Source: Porphyridium purpureum (Eukaryota). From it: a stretch of DNA of 64,000 bases. Where the stretch lies: positions 1,364,001 through 1,428,000 of the forward strand of contig VRMN01000003.1 of assembly GCA_008690995.1 (NCBI GenBank). Reading direction: 5' to 3'. A model generated the notes under the pieces. It saw only the letters and a list, made by a program, of their open reading frames with translations. It was not told the origin of the DNA and ran no database searches. Both the position numbers and the translations under genes were made by a program. Below are positions 11,521 through 21,525 of the stretch, piece by piece. How positions within the stretch are numbered: position 1 is the first letter of the stretch; every line of letters starts with the position of its first letter.

Positions 11521-12091
11521 AACCGCTTGTGCGCGCTCGGGGACCGGGAAGAGAGGAAAGGGAGGCTGGCTAGCCCGGAGGAAAACCACGCGGGAAACCG
11601 GGCAAAGGGGTCGCGGAAAACGACCGCCGGCCAGCCCCAAACAAGCAAAAAATATTGTGAACGACGGAAAACCCATGCGACCCGGGTGTACGCGGCGGCG
11701 TCTTTGTACCTCTTTTCCGTGAGTTTTCGGTTTTCTGGTGCCGACTCCAGACGAGCACATTCCGGTGATCCAAGGTTCCGAGATAGAGGTGCAGGCTCAA
11801 GCAACACTCAAGAGGAGTTGATTGAAGCCTTTTCCCGCGAGGGAGGGCGCTTGCGGAAACCTCGGCGATATGCAACATTTGCCGACCCACCATGAACAGA
11901 AATTCCTGATTTGCGGCCAAACGACGCGGCGAAAGTGCGCGAAATGCAATATTGTAACCTAGATGAGGCCCACGAAGCCAGTCATCACCAAAGCAGAGCT
12001 TCTCTCGCCCTGGAACCTCCAGACACTCGTTGCTCATCCGTTGACACCGCCTGCCTCTCAACACCATATCCTCACTGTACCCACCCTGTGA

Positions 12092-12262
12092 GCCGATACG
12101 CCGATACGCCGATACGCCGATACGCCGATACGGATAAACGGATAAACGGATAAACGGATAAACGGATAAACGGATAAACGGATAAACGGATAAACGGATA
12201 AACGGATAAACGGATAAACGGATAAACGGATAAACGGATAAACGGATAAACGGATAAACGGA
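12092..12262. repeat. Compound 8-bp tandem array in the 3' non-coding region of element B
   Basis: (GCCGATAC)x5 at 12092-12131 followed directly by (GGATAAAC)x16 at 12132-12259. Confidence 0.97.
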
Positions 12263-12357
12263 GCCTCCGCCTTTCTCACAGTCGAAGGTCGGGAAGGATA
12301 GAGAGGCAGCGCGAAAGGAGGCCGAGGCTCTTGCCACACGCCGGCGGCCCGGACCGA

Positions 12358-14638
12358 CTATAGAAAGCTCTCGCCCGACGTGGATCGCAATGCAGTGCCG
12401 CGGTGCAAGCTGCCGCGGTTGAACGCCCACACAAGGGCCGGCGGCAGGGCAGAGGAACTTTCCCACGTCCAGTCCTTCTTCCTTGCCCCCTTCCAAGCCA
12501 CAAGATACTCGGCCCCGTCGCTCCGTTCGCGCCTGGCTTTCAGACCTGACACCTCAACGATGTCACCGTCGGCGTTTCCCAGGCTGGTCGAGCGCAATGT
12601 ATCGTTGCTCAGTAGCGCTCGGTCCACTCTCTTCAGCCGTCGGCGATGCACGAAGAATTCTTTGCCGTCATGCGTCTTGAGCCATGCGCGATGCTCGTCA
12701 GCACGCTCAACTTCAAAAGGGCCTACCCAAGGGTCCGCCAGCTTTCGGCCCTCCCTGCCCAGCGGCGGCTTCCAAACGAACACACAGTCCCCCGGTTCAA
12801 CGTCAACAATTCGACATGACGCGTTAAGCTCTCGACGTCGGGCGTCCCGGGTGGCATCATTTTCAACTACTGCGTTGTGCAAGGCCTCGAGCCTGTTGCG
12901 CAACAGAATCACAAAGGCGTCCTCCTTTCTTGCGCTGTCTTGTGGCGCTACTTCCCCTTCGGCGGCCGGGTTGAAGGGTCCCAGCCATGAATTGGCCTCT
13001 CGTCCGAACATGAGCTCGTAAGGCGTCCTCTGCGTCGTGCTGTGTCTAGTCTGGTTGAACGCGGCCACACAGGCAGGCAACCACAAATCCCAATCGTCCT
13101 CCGTGACCCACGAAGAAAGCATGTCGCAGAGTGTCCTGTTAAAGCGTTCGACCGCCCCGTTGGCTTGTGGGTTGTACGCTGTCGTAAACAGCTTTCTAAC
13201 GCGCAGCATCTTGCATAACTGGCGTAGAACATCGGCTCGGAAACAGGGCCCGTTGTCGCTCAGAAGAGCTTCCGGTAGGCCAAAGATTGCAGCCCAACGA
13301 TCCAAAAAAGCCTCGGCAATGGTCTCTGCCCGCTCGTCTCGCACACATATTGCTATGGTGAACCGAGTGAAAAGGTCGCTCACTACCAGGATTTTTGAAT
13401 ATCCAGTGCTTGTTCTCGGCGTTACCGTTAAAACGTCCGCAGCAACGACCTCGAACCGCCGGGTAACGACCCGCTTTCCCATGCGGTGGCTTGTGACAGG
13501 GGTCGGTGAGCCCTTTCGCGCGGCGCAAGTTCTACATTGCTTTACGAACTCCAAGACGTCTTGCAGCCAGCCAGGCCACCAAAACTCCGCGTCGGATATA
13601 CGTGCCGCCGTCTTGGACACTCCGAAATGCCCGCTGAAAGGTGCTGAGTGGTAGACATCTAAAATACTGCCCACTAGTCCATCAGGGACTACCTTGCGCG
13701 GTTTGTCTTTCAGCGCGGCCCACGCAAGTCCACTTTCGTCCAGATAGTACTCCGGATAGGAATATACTCGTGGGGACTTTTGCAATGCCGCGAGCTCTTT
13801 CGATAGCAGCTCGTCCTCCCTGTACGCTGCCTTGAGCCTCTCCGGAGATGGGAGCTCGTAGCCCACGGCTTGACCAATCGCGTGCGGATCATCTTCATCT
13901 GTCGGTACTGCAGAATCCTCTGCGACGGGATCTCGTCGCGCACGCGTGCGCACTGCGTTCAGTTCGAGACGTGACAGTGCGTCCGGCACTCGATTCAAGC
14001 GGCCTTTAACATGCTCGATGGTAAACGAAAAGTCCTGAATTGTCAGTGCCCAGCGCGCCAGCCTTCCTCTTGGCTCTTTCATGGACAGGAGCCAACGGAG
14101 AGGTTCATGGTCAGTGCGAATGCGTACGGTTGTGCCGAAAACATAGTGTCGTACCTTTTTGAGACACCAAACTACTGCAAGGCACTCCAGCTCGGTGACC
14201 GTATAATTTTGCTCCGCCGACGTCAAAGTCCGCGACAAAAAAGAGATTGGCGCAAGCTTCCCGTCCGGCATCTCCTGATACAACGCACCGCCCAGTCCTA
14301 TCTGAGAGGCGTCGGTGTCGAGAACCTTTGGCGCGTTCGGATCCGCCAACACCAGCATCACTTTGTCCGACGTGAGCACCTCTTTGAATCCGTCGAAAGC
14401 GCAGCGCGCGTCTTCCCCAAAGCGTGCCTGCCAGCCGGCGCACTCTAGATCTGTATTGCGGTGTGCCTTCTTTGCATTGACGTCCAAGCCATCCAGCGCT
14501 CTCCGGAGCGGCGCCGCGCGATCCGAGAACCTGGGTATGAAGTCCCTGAACCAATTCACAAGCCCTAAGAAACGCAGCAGCTCTGTTGGGCCCTTAGGGT
14601 AAGGCCACTTGAGAATGGCTGCCGTACTTTTTCCCCCC
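12358..14638 (-). CDS. pol: Pol of element B, 3' part (RT thumb, RNase H, integrase, chromodomain)
   Basis: LRFLGLVNWFRDFI, LDTDAS, DALSR, H-x6-H..C-x2-C, LSDNG, NGAVERFNRTL, WVGPF and C-terminal EYLVAWKG..DWTWE chromodomain. Confidence 0.92.
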
Positions 14639-16156
14639 CGGCCGAATGCGGCCTTCTTCCACTTCATGTCCCAGGAAACTGAGCCTTGCCGTAGCGAATT
14701 TGCACTTTTGCAGGGAAAATGTCATGTTCTCTTCCTGGAACTTGCTTAGCACTACGTCTAGGACCTCCAAATGTTTTTCTATCGTTTTGGTCCCTGTCAA
14801 CATATCGTCTAGGTACATCAGGATGTGTTTCCATCGAAGCGACCCAAGTATCGTGTTCACAAGTCTCTGGAAGGTAGCGGGCGAGTTTCGGAGGCCCTGT
14901 GCAAGGACTGTGTAGCGGAACAGTCCCTCCGCCGTTATCATACCGGTGAAGTCCCGCGAGGACTCCGCGAGGGGAACTTGGAAGAAACCGTCAGCCAGGT
15001 CCATCACAGAGAAGACTCCACACGGGAGGAAGCGTCCCATCCAATCTAAGCATTCGCGCACGTCAGGGATTGGGTATCTATCTGGAACGGTGTGGCTGTT
15101 CAATTGGCGGAAATCCGTAGTCAGCCGCCACTTACCGTTTGGCTTTCGAATGATAACGTTCGCGCTGGCATATGGGCCCGAGCAAGGCTCGAGGATGCCC
15201 AAAGATAATAAACGCTGGACTAGCGTGCTCTCGGCCTCTCTTTCAACTTCAGACAATCTACGCAGGCGGGCCGGGGTAAGACGTGCGCCTGGATCAATAG
15301 CAATGGAGTGCTCAGTAGACCGTGTGCGACCTGGACGGTCCCGGAACACCCTCCAGTGCTTGAGCAACACCGCCCGAAGACCACTTTGGTGAAGCACGTC
15401 TACGTGGCTGAGGTCTACATCCATAATGCGAGCACGCGTCTCCTCTTCGTCCTCTTGCATTACGTTTGGACTCCCGAGCTTACTTGCGTCTCTTTGCTCT
15501 ACCCCAACGCAATCAATTAAGTTCAGTGATTTTGCAGGCGCTCCCTCTAAGAGGCGAATCGTGGCGCCGTCTTTCATTTCGAGCTCGCCCTTGCCAAAGG
15601 AAAGCGCGTTAGCATTAGCAACCCAGAAATCCCATCCCAGGATAAGATCTTCGATAAGATCTTCAGCAACTAATGCGCGCACCTGGTACATTGACTGGCC
15701 AATTTGTAGCTGAAGCTCTGATGCTCCGACAATACCGAGGGAGCTTCCGCCTGCAGTTCGACACTCCTGCGCCACGTCCTGTATTACGGCTCCTAGAGAA
15801 CTGACCCACTTTGCTCGCGCATATACACCGGCAATCCCTACAGCACCCGTGTCGGCAAGAGCATCTACGGCAGATCCCGAGACCTTGACAGGCGTGCGAC
15901 CCGATCGCATGACACGTGCTTTGGCCAACACGCGCACGTACGGGACTCTGCCAGAAGCAGATTCCACCAGATGGTTTAAGACTTCCAAGGTTGGACTCGC
16001 TCGCAGGATTCGCTTCGGCCCTAGAGCTAGATCATCAATCACGGAACTTGTTCGAATTTCGGTGTTCTCTTCACCTACGCTGGGCTTGCGATATCCCAAC
16101 GCTTCCATGGCCTCATCCACGGCCCTCCCATTCCACGCTACCACGCGTCCGCGTAG
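14633..16156 (-). CDS. pol: Pol of element B, 5' part (protease, RT); in frame with gag after a single TGA, frameshifted at a G7 run
   Basis: LADTGA protease, WRLTTDFRQLN, QGLRNSPATFQ, YLDD. The frame breaks at GGGGGGGAAAAA (minus strand, 14628-14639). Confidence 0.92.
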
Positions 16157-17368
16157 TCACTCGCTCGCAGGCGCCGCCGAGGTAGCTCTGCGCACCGGTG
16201 CTGGCGCCAGGCAGTCTCCGGCATAGTGTCCTGTCCCTTGGCAGCGGCGACACACCACTCGATCCGAGTTGGCCATTAAACGGTTCCCCCCGATTCCGGG
16301 CACGCCCAAAACGGCTGCCACCCGGTCCGCCAGGAACTCCACTTCGATCAACTTTTGATCCTCTGTCTCCTTCGCCGGGTCAGGAGGTACACCCCCAAGA
16401 TTTGGTTCGGAATCATGAAGTACATTGACCGCAGCCCCCGGTGGACGGAAAACCGGTCTCCCTTGGGCAAAGCTTCGTCCCTTCTCCAGTGTCGACCCGT
16501 AGTTTTTCTCCAACGGTAAAATCATTCCGAAGAATGTTTCTGTGGCAGCGTGGAGACGACCCATCTGTTGAATATCTCGAGGAAGTCCTCGAACAAAGTC
16601 GCTCTTCATCGACGCCTCGGATTTCCCAAGAGCAGCGCCGAGCTCGTACACGGCGCGGTGATAGTTTGCCACTGACTCGCCCTTCGTCCATTTCCTCTCG
16701 CAGTACTCTTGTTCCACAGATTCCAAAAGCTGAGGAGACCAGAAAACCGAACGCGCCCACGCCCAACGCTGCTGAGCCGAGTACTCCGTCGCAAGCTCGC
16801 CGTTCTTCTCGGCAGTGCGATAAACCTGCTCAGCCGAATCCGCAAAAGCTAGAACCACAAACTTTGCCGTGAGGTCGGCTGGAATGTGGCGACATGCTTC
16901 CACCCAGGTCAAATACGTGGTTTCGAACCTGAGATCACGCGCGTGACGGATGCGACAGTCTTTCATCTCGAGAATGACCGACCTCTTCATTTCTTGCTCG
17001 AGTTTGATGAGCCGGAGCTCCTCAGTGGACATTGTCAACAGGCTCGAACCATCAGAGACCGCCAGTGCAGTCCCGATTCTGGACGCGCGGCTGGGCTCCC
17101 CCGGTGGCTCGGCACCATGTTCGGCGGATCTTGGCCGAGAACCGCGATCCTGCGCGTCCGCAATCGTCGGTTCGTCCAGCTGCGGTCCGAGACGCTGAAA
17201 GATCATCTCCATTCTCTGACGTATCTGGTCAATGCTTTCGCGCAGCTGCTCCTGGCCGGATGCGATCAGCTCTACACGTCCCTGGAGTGCCGCCACATCA
17301 GCCGTGACGCTCGCTACAGTTGGACGCCCGGCCATTTCCCCCAAGATATCCGACAGGCGTCCGGACAT
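16157..17368 (-). CDS. gag: Gag of element B
   Basis: 403 aa; GESVANY, FVRGLP and CCHC knuckle CRRCQGTGHYAGDC; ends TGA-CTA. Confidence 0.9.
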   Translation of the reverse strand: MSGRLSDILGEMAGRPTVASVTADVAALQGRVELIASGQEQLRESIDQIRQRMEMIFQRLGPQLDEPTIADAQDRGSRPRSAEHGAEPPGEPSRASRIGTALAVSDGSSLLTMSTEELRLIKLEQEMKRSVILEMKDCRIRHARDLRFETTYLTWVEACRHIPADLTAKFVVLAFADSAEQVYRTAEKNGELATEYSAQQRWAWARSVFWSPQLLESVEQEYCERKWTKGESVANYHRAVYELGAALGKSEASMKSDFVRGLPRDIQQMGRLHAATETFFGMILPLEKNYGSTLEKGRSFAQGRPVFRPPGAAVNVLHDSEPNLGGVPPDPAKETEDQKLIEVEFLADRVAAVLGVPGIGGNRLMANSDRVVCRRCQGTGHYAGDCLAPAPVRRATSAAPASE

Positions 17369-17638
17369 AAATCAGATAATCAGTCAGTCCCTAGAAATCA
17401 AACGCAAAAGTGTGCAATGCGTGTGCTGAAGCCACCCGGCTTCCCACACAAGTTCAAAAAACCAAACAGAACTATCTTTTCAAAGCCACCCGACTTCAAA
17501 CGAGACACCAGAGCCACCCGACCTGGCACCTCTCCCCCACGTCGCCCTGGTTCCGGGCCACCCGACCACCAACCAGACCGGCCCGCGCGCTCCCACAAGA
17601 AATTACTCAAGAATGGGGCAACGCTAATTCTAGAATTA

Positions 17639-17916
17639 TGCTGTGTACTACACCCGCAGCCACTACAACCCCTCTCTCACCTACAGGCACCCGCCCGGAT
17701 CGAACCCCGACACCAACGGCACACCAACCTCTCCTCGCACTTCGGTACCTCCTTTACTTTTCGTTTAGCTCGGGCCGCACGGCGGCGTGGATTATATACT
17801 GCCGCAAAGCCCTGGATCTAACTCAGTGGTGGGTTTGGATGGGGTTTTGGAGGGTGGACTGTACTCTGGAGTACAGGTGCTACATGTGTACAGTGCATGG
17901 GGTGTACAGCATAGCA
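17639..17916 (-). repeat. 5' LTR of element B (278 bp)
   Basis: Direct repeat of 11225-11502; contains TATATAA on the minus strand. Confidence 0.97.
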
Positions 17917-17920
17917 GCAT

Positions 17921-18109
17921 GCTTACCGAGTGATTTTGCCCGAGGGTGTGGCTTGTCATGATGTTTTTCCGATCCAACATCTGAAGCCATACTATGGACG
18001 CGAAGACTACATGGCAGGGGAAAATGATGAAGAAGTACCCGACGAAATGCCGGCGTCCGATTCTGAGCCAGACTTGTTGAAAATTATCGAGGAGTCTGAC
18101 TCTGAATGA
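17921..18109 (+). CDS. pol: Displaced C-terminus of Pol A (integrase GPY/F-SH3 tail)
   Basis: Removing element B and one GCAT restores ...FLGPVPVIEKVSSH|AYRVILPEGVACHDVFPIQHLKPY...EESDSE* in frame. Confidence 0.9.
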   Translation, partial: AYRVILPEGVACHDVFPIQHLKPYYGREDYMAGENDEEVPDEMPASDSEPDLLKIIEESDSE

Positions 18110-18214
18110 CTTGGGTATTGTGAGAAGTTTGCTAGGCAGAGGTTTTCTCCCGGAGCGCGGGCTCCTCGAGCCAAGAATGCAACTTAGTTTGAAGTCTCGC
18201 CGAGACGTCGAGCC

Positions 18215-18228
18215 AAGAGGGGGGGAGA
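18215..18228 (+). other. Polypurine tract of element A
   Basis: AAGAGGGGGGGAGA immediately before the 3' LTR. Confidence 0.9.
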
Positions 18229-18522
18229 TGTTATCCGTTCGACCCCAGTCACCTAGAACGGTTCGGTTAATCCGAAACCGGTAAGCCGGTAAGCCGTTAG
18301 ACCGTTTAACCGTTTCTAGAAGCTTCTAGAGGTTCCGGAAACTTCTAGACGTGCGCAGAAATGTCAATGATTTGCATTGTCATTTCTCTTGGCGCCTTGC
18401 TGTCTCTAGCGGAAGTAAGGGTATAAAAAGGCGACGCGCCTGCCCGGACTAGCCGGTCAGGTCTTGCTCGGAGACAGAAGAGGTAAGAAGAAGAGAGTAA
18501 AAAAGGCACAGCATTGGTAACA
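18229..18522 (+). repeat. 3' LTR of element A (294 bp)
   Basis: Direct repeat of 6400-6693, followed by TSD ATATC. Confidence 0.97.
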
Positions 18523-18743
18523 ATATCGCGCTGGTGTACAAAAGTCGCCTGGCTAAGAATTTCATGAATGACAAGAATGTGGAGCTTCGAGACTGGCCAG
18601 CATACTCGCCGGACCTCAATGTCATCGAGAAGATGTGGGAGCTACCAGCGCCCAAGGTTTACGTGGGTGCAAGGGAGTGTCAGATGGTGCTAGAGCTGAA
18701 AAATACCATCTTACTGGTTTGGGAGACTTTGGACCAGCCTTAA
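18523..18743 (+). pseudogene. Tc1-like transposase, 3' part
   Basis: Rejoined sequence FLQD-IALVYKSRLAKNFMNDKNVELRDWPAYSPDLNVI-E has 34 residues between D and E and the WPxxSPDLNxIE motif. Confidence 0.9.
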
Positions 18744-18973
18744 CAGGTCAATTTGAACGCGTCTCTACCGAAACGCATATTCAACTGTGCGCATCTTTGA
18801 GGCGCATACGCACAAGGAAACGGCGACCGATTCCGACCTTTCATTGCTGAGTAATGGCTGGAACTGTGTCGTGTCCCCTATCCGTTTTGACCTCTGCCAC
18901 ATGCCCTTTTCACCGGACCTCTTTCCCTTTTATAGTAAAGCAGATCATTTTACTAGTAAAACTTGGAAAAAGG

Positions 18974-19003
18974 TACTGTCCCCTATCCGATTTGGTCGCA
19001 CCT
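18974..19003 (-). repeat. Right terminal inverted repeat of the Tc1-like element
   Basis: Reverse complement AGGTGCGACCAAATCGGATAGGGGACAGTA; inner core copy at 18872-18888. Confidence 0.92.
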
Positions 19004-19005
19004 TA

Positions 19006-19742
19006 GCACGAGGGGGTCACTCCGGGCTAGCACATTGGTACAGCGAGCTCGCATCCAGACAAAGTGGTCTTTTGATGCCGGATGTTCACAAGGCTGAACG
19101 CGAATGTACGTCGTTATCTTGCCAGCACTGAACAATGGATGCTACGTATTGGCGAGCGTAAGAACCAATACGACGCCGTGGCTGTCCACATATTCAGTCT
19201 CAAAGAAGTCAACGTAACTGTACGCGCTGAGCGGAGCTTCTTTCTGCATTCTGAACCGTCGAGCCTGTCTACTGCTGAGTGTACCGTCGGTGCCGACCGC
19301 GAAGTTCTTTCGGGCTTGCGAAGGTTTCATAATCACCACGTGGGTCATGCATGAGAAGCAATTTCCCGGATAGTAGCACATGCGTTGGATTCCCTGTACT
19401 AATCAAGACTTTGCATCAGTTCGGGTTTGCGCTTGTCGCACGTCCTTCCGCCGGACAGATTGGCGAAGGAATTCACGTTCAATTGAGAGATTTGAATCCC
19501 GTCTCATGGAGTGCCAGGTTGGCCTCCAGGAGCCATGGCAAACGAAGAATCGCCGGAAGAGTCGATGCACCTGCTGAAAGGGCGTCTTTCAAAGTGCTTT
19601 TCTGGAGTAGCGTGCGCAGGCCAACATCCGGGTAGATCTTCGGCATACCCATCTTGATGATGAAGAAATTCCTCTCTTTCTGCCCTTTCCTTGGATCTGC
19701 ATGGGACGCTGCCTTTCTTTTTCTACTTTCAGGCACTACCAT
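19006..19742 (-). pseudogene. N-terminal part of the decayed ORF split by the Tc1 element; Fanzor1 relic suspected
   Basis: MVVPESRKRK (NLS-like)...FFIIKMGMPKIYPDVGLRTLLQK...WLLEANL, then with frameshifts and stops PELMQSLD*Y and ARKNFAVGTDGTLSSRQARRFRMQ. This resembles recalled algal Fanzor1 N-termini and is unverified. Confidence 0.4.
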
Positions 19743-20023
19743 CACGACCCATGGTCGGCTTCTCGCCTGAGCGCGAGCCTTTTGCGGGCGAAAGACACCA
19801 CACGACACGCATGAGCACACCACGCAACAAAGACACTGCTGGAATTTTCAGTAATATCAAAAGTCGCCGGGACCAGTCTCAACTCCGCTTCTCTTGGTGG
19901 CCCTCTTCTCATATACATGTATCGTGGATGCGATAAACCCGCACTTCACATCTCTCCCCGCGTCTAAACCTCTTTCCCACGATGTACCTCAAGTTGTTCC
20001 ATCCCCCCACTGACATGATCTTC

Positions 20024-21415
20024 TTACAGAATCTTATGTTCGAACGTTGGACTGTGTTCACATTCAAAGTCGAGGTGCACAAATGCCCGCTCGACGTCGT
20101 CGATGGCTTCGATTCTGAATTGCAGGTCCTCTCCAATATCGTGCGCAAGATGCAGCGGCAGGTCGCGCGACAGGACGATGTCGACTTCCACAAAGCATTT
20201 CGGACCCATCGAATAGCACCTAACCGTGTCGACTTTTTCGACGAGAGGATGGTGGTTCATCGCGAGAAAGGTAACTAGCGAGAACAATTTGGGATCGGCC
20301 ACGCGGCCGAGCAGACTATCCACATGCTCTTTCGTGTGTTGGTACCAGTTGCGAATGATCATGAAAGAGATCACAATACCGCCTATCGGATCAAGAAACC
20401 AAAAAAAGTACTGCGCCGCGAGCGCCGTGCCCAGTGAGCTCACGTTCGACACAATATCGTTGTAGTGATCCAAGGCAAGACTCTGCACAGCATCATCCTC
20501 AACATTTCGACAATACAGGTACAGGCACGATTTGGTTCCTAATGCAAAGAAGATCAGCACCACTACAGGCCACGCCAACCCCTGATACGCCACGTCTTTA
20601 CCACCACCCAACAGCGTCTGCAGCGACTCCTCCAACGTAAGGAGTGTTGCAGCCGTCATCAAACACGCCATCAAGATCACCCCGACAGATTCCAAGCGTG
20701 TGCGCCCGATAGGGTAGGCATATCGGTCGCGCTGCTGCTTTCGGCTCCACACGGTGTAAAAGATCACGGCACCTGCCGTCAGATCGAGAACGGCGTCAAT
20801 CAAATTTGCCATGAGGGAGAGCGAGTGGGACGTGATGAAAGCAAAGGCCTGTGTAAAGAGCAGAATAAAGTTGCAAATGTTCGATACCAGCACCGCTCGG
20901 TTCACTGTGCGCTCCCGTGCCTCGTTTTCCGACTCGCAATCACCGTCGTCCACCGACTTCTGCCTGTCGGAACTCGCGGACTGCAAAAATGCCTTTTCAT
21001 TTTGCTCCAGGAAGCGCGAGTTCTTCCTCGAGTGCCGCACAAACGCCTCCAGCAGCTCATTCTGAGCCTCGTAGAATTCTCGAAGCCCTGCGCGAGTTGC
21101 GCTCTTCAGAGATTTCGACTCGACGAGCTCATTGAGCTGTTCCTCGTCCATGTACGCGCTCTGCCACATGTCGCGCACTGACACAAACCCGAGCGTGTTT
21201 CGGTTCCGAGAGCCTGCATGCGCCTGCATATTCTTCTGCACGACGCTCTCCTCCCAACTGCCGCCTCCAGGCTCCTGCACCGCCACGTTCACATGCAGCC
21301 GCGCGAACGCGTCATCATCCACACCTGCTCCACTTGTCGGGGTCAGCAGCGGCCGTCTTTCCGCGGACTCATCATGCCCTGTATGTCCAACCATCGTGTC
21401 ACCACACCTTGGCAA
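20024..21415 (-). CDS. Cation diffusion facilitator, Mn-CDF / metal tolerance protein (MTP8-11-like)
   Basis: FYEAQNELL, SLSLMANLIDAVLDL, YPIGRTRLE, DHYNDI, AHDIGEDLQ, VERAFVHLDFE. Confidence 0.93.
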   Translation of the reverse strand: MPRCGDTMVGHTGHDESAERRPLLTPTSGAGVDDDAFARLHVNVAVQEPGGGSWEESVVQKNMQAHAGSRNRNTLGFVSVRDMWQSAYMDEEQLNELVESKSLKSATRAGLREFYEAQNELLEAFVRHSRKNSRFLEQNEKAFLQSASSDRQKSVDDGDCESENEARERTVNRAVLVSNICNFILLFTQAFAFITSHSLSLMANLIDAVLDLTAGAVIFYTVWSRKQQRDRYAYPIGRTRLESVGVILMACLMTAATLLTLEESLQTLLGGGKDVAYQGLAWPVVVLIFFALGTKSCLYLYCRNVEDDAVQSLALDHYNDIVSNVSSLGTALAAQYFFWFLDPIGGIVISFMIIRNWYQHTKEHVDSLLGRVADPKLFSLVTFLAMNHHPLVEKVDTVRCYSMGPKCFVEVDIVLSRDLPLHLAHDIGEDLQFRIEAIDDVERAFVHLDFECEHSPTFEHKIL

Positions 21416-21469
21416 ACACCTCCAACTCTCTTTCTCTCCTCACCAAACTCGTCAACCACCCGCTCCACC

Positions 21470-21525
21470 CGAAACTGAATCCGAATCTGAAACCGAAACC
21501 GAATCTGAAACCGAAACCGAAACCG
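21470..21525. repeat. Degenerate hexamer tandem (GAAACC/GAATCY) in the MTP-Sir2 divergent spacer
   Basis: About nine consecutive GAAACC/GAATCT-type units. Confidence 0.8.

Larger units (their letters stand above)
11225..17916 (-). mobile_element. Ty3/gypsy LTR retrotransposon B (chromodomain-bearing), inserted antisense in pol of element A
   Basis: TG..CA LTRs at 11225-11502 and 17639-17916, 4-bp TSD GCAT (11221-11224, 17917-17920), gag and pol on the minus strand. Confidence 0.97.
6400..18522 (+). mobile_element. Ty3/gypsy LTR retrotransposon A (full length, interrupted by element B)
   Basis: TG..CA LTRs at 6400-6693 and 18229-18522, 5-bp TSD ATATC (6395-6399, 18523-18527), PBS, PPT, and gag plus PR-RT-RH-IN domain order. 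Confidence 0.97.
5437..19003 (+). mobile_element. Tc1/mariner (Tc3-like, DD34E) DNA transposon, defective, carrying nested LTR retrotransposons
   Basis: 30-bp TIRs (28/30 identical), flanking TA at 5435-5436 and 19004-19005, and transposase remnants on both sides of the LTR insertion. Confidence 0.92.

Noticed and set aside
12132..12259. AAACGGATA shared between the tandem array and the Tc1 end motif
   Set aside because: Only 9 nt match and the GGGGACA half is missing, so coincidence cannot be excluded.
12092..12262. CRISPR-like array or telomeric repeat
   Set aside because: There are no spacers, the units are contiguous 8-mers, and the array is internal to a retrotransposon.
11570..12496. 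308 aa ORF after pol B as a possible env-like third ORF
   Set aside because: It is open mainly because of the stop-free 8-bp tandem array (SVYPFIRL repeats) and overlaps the end of pol.
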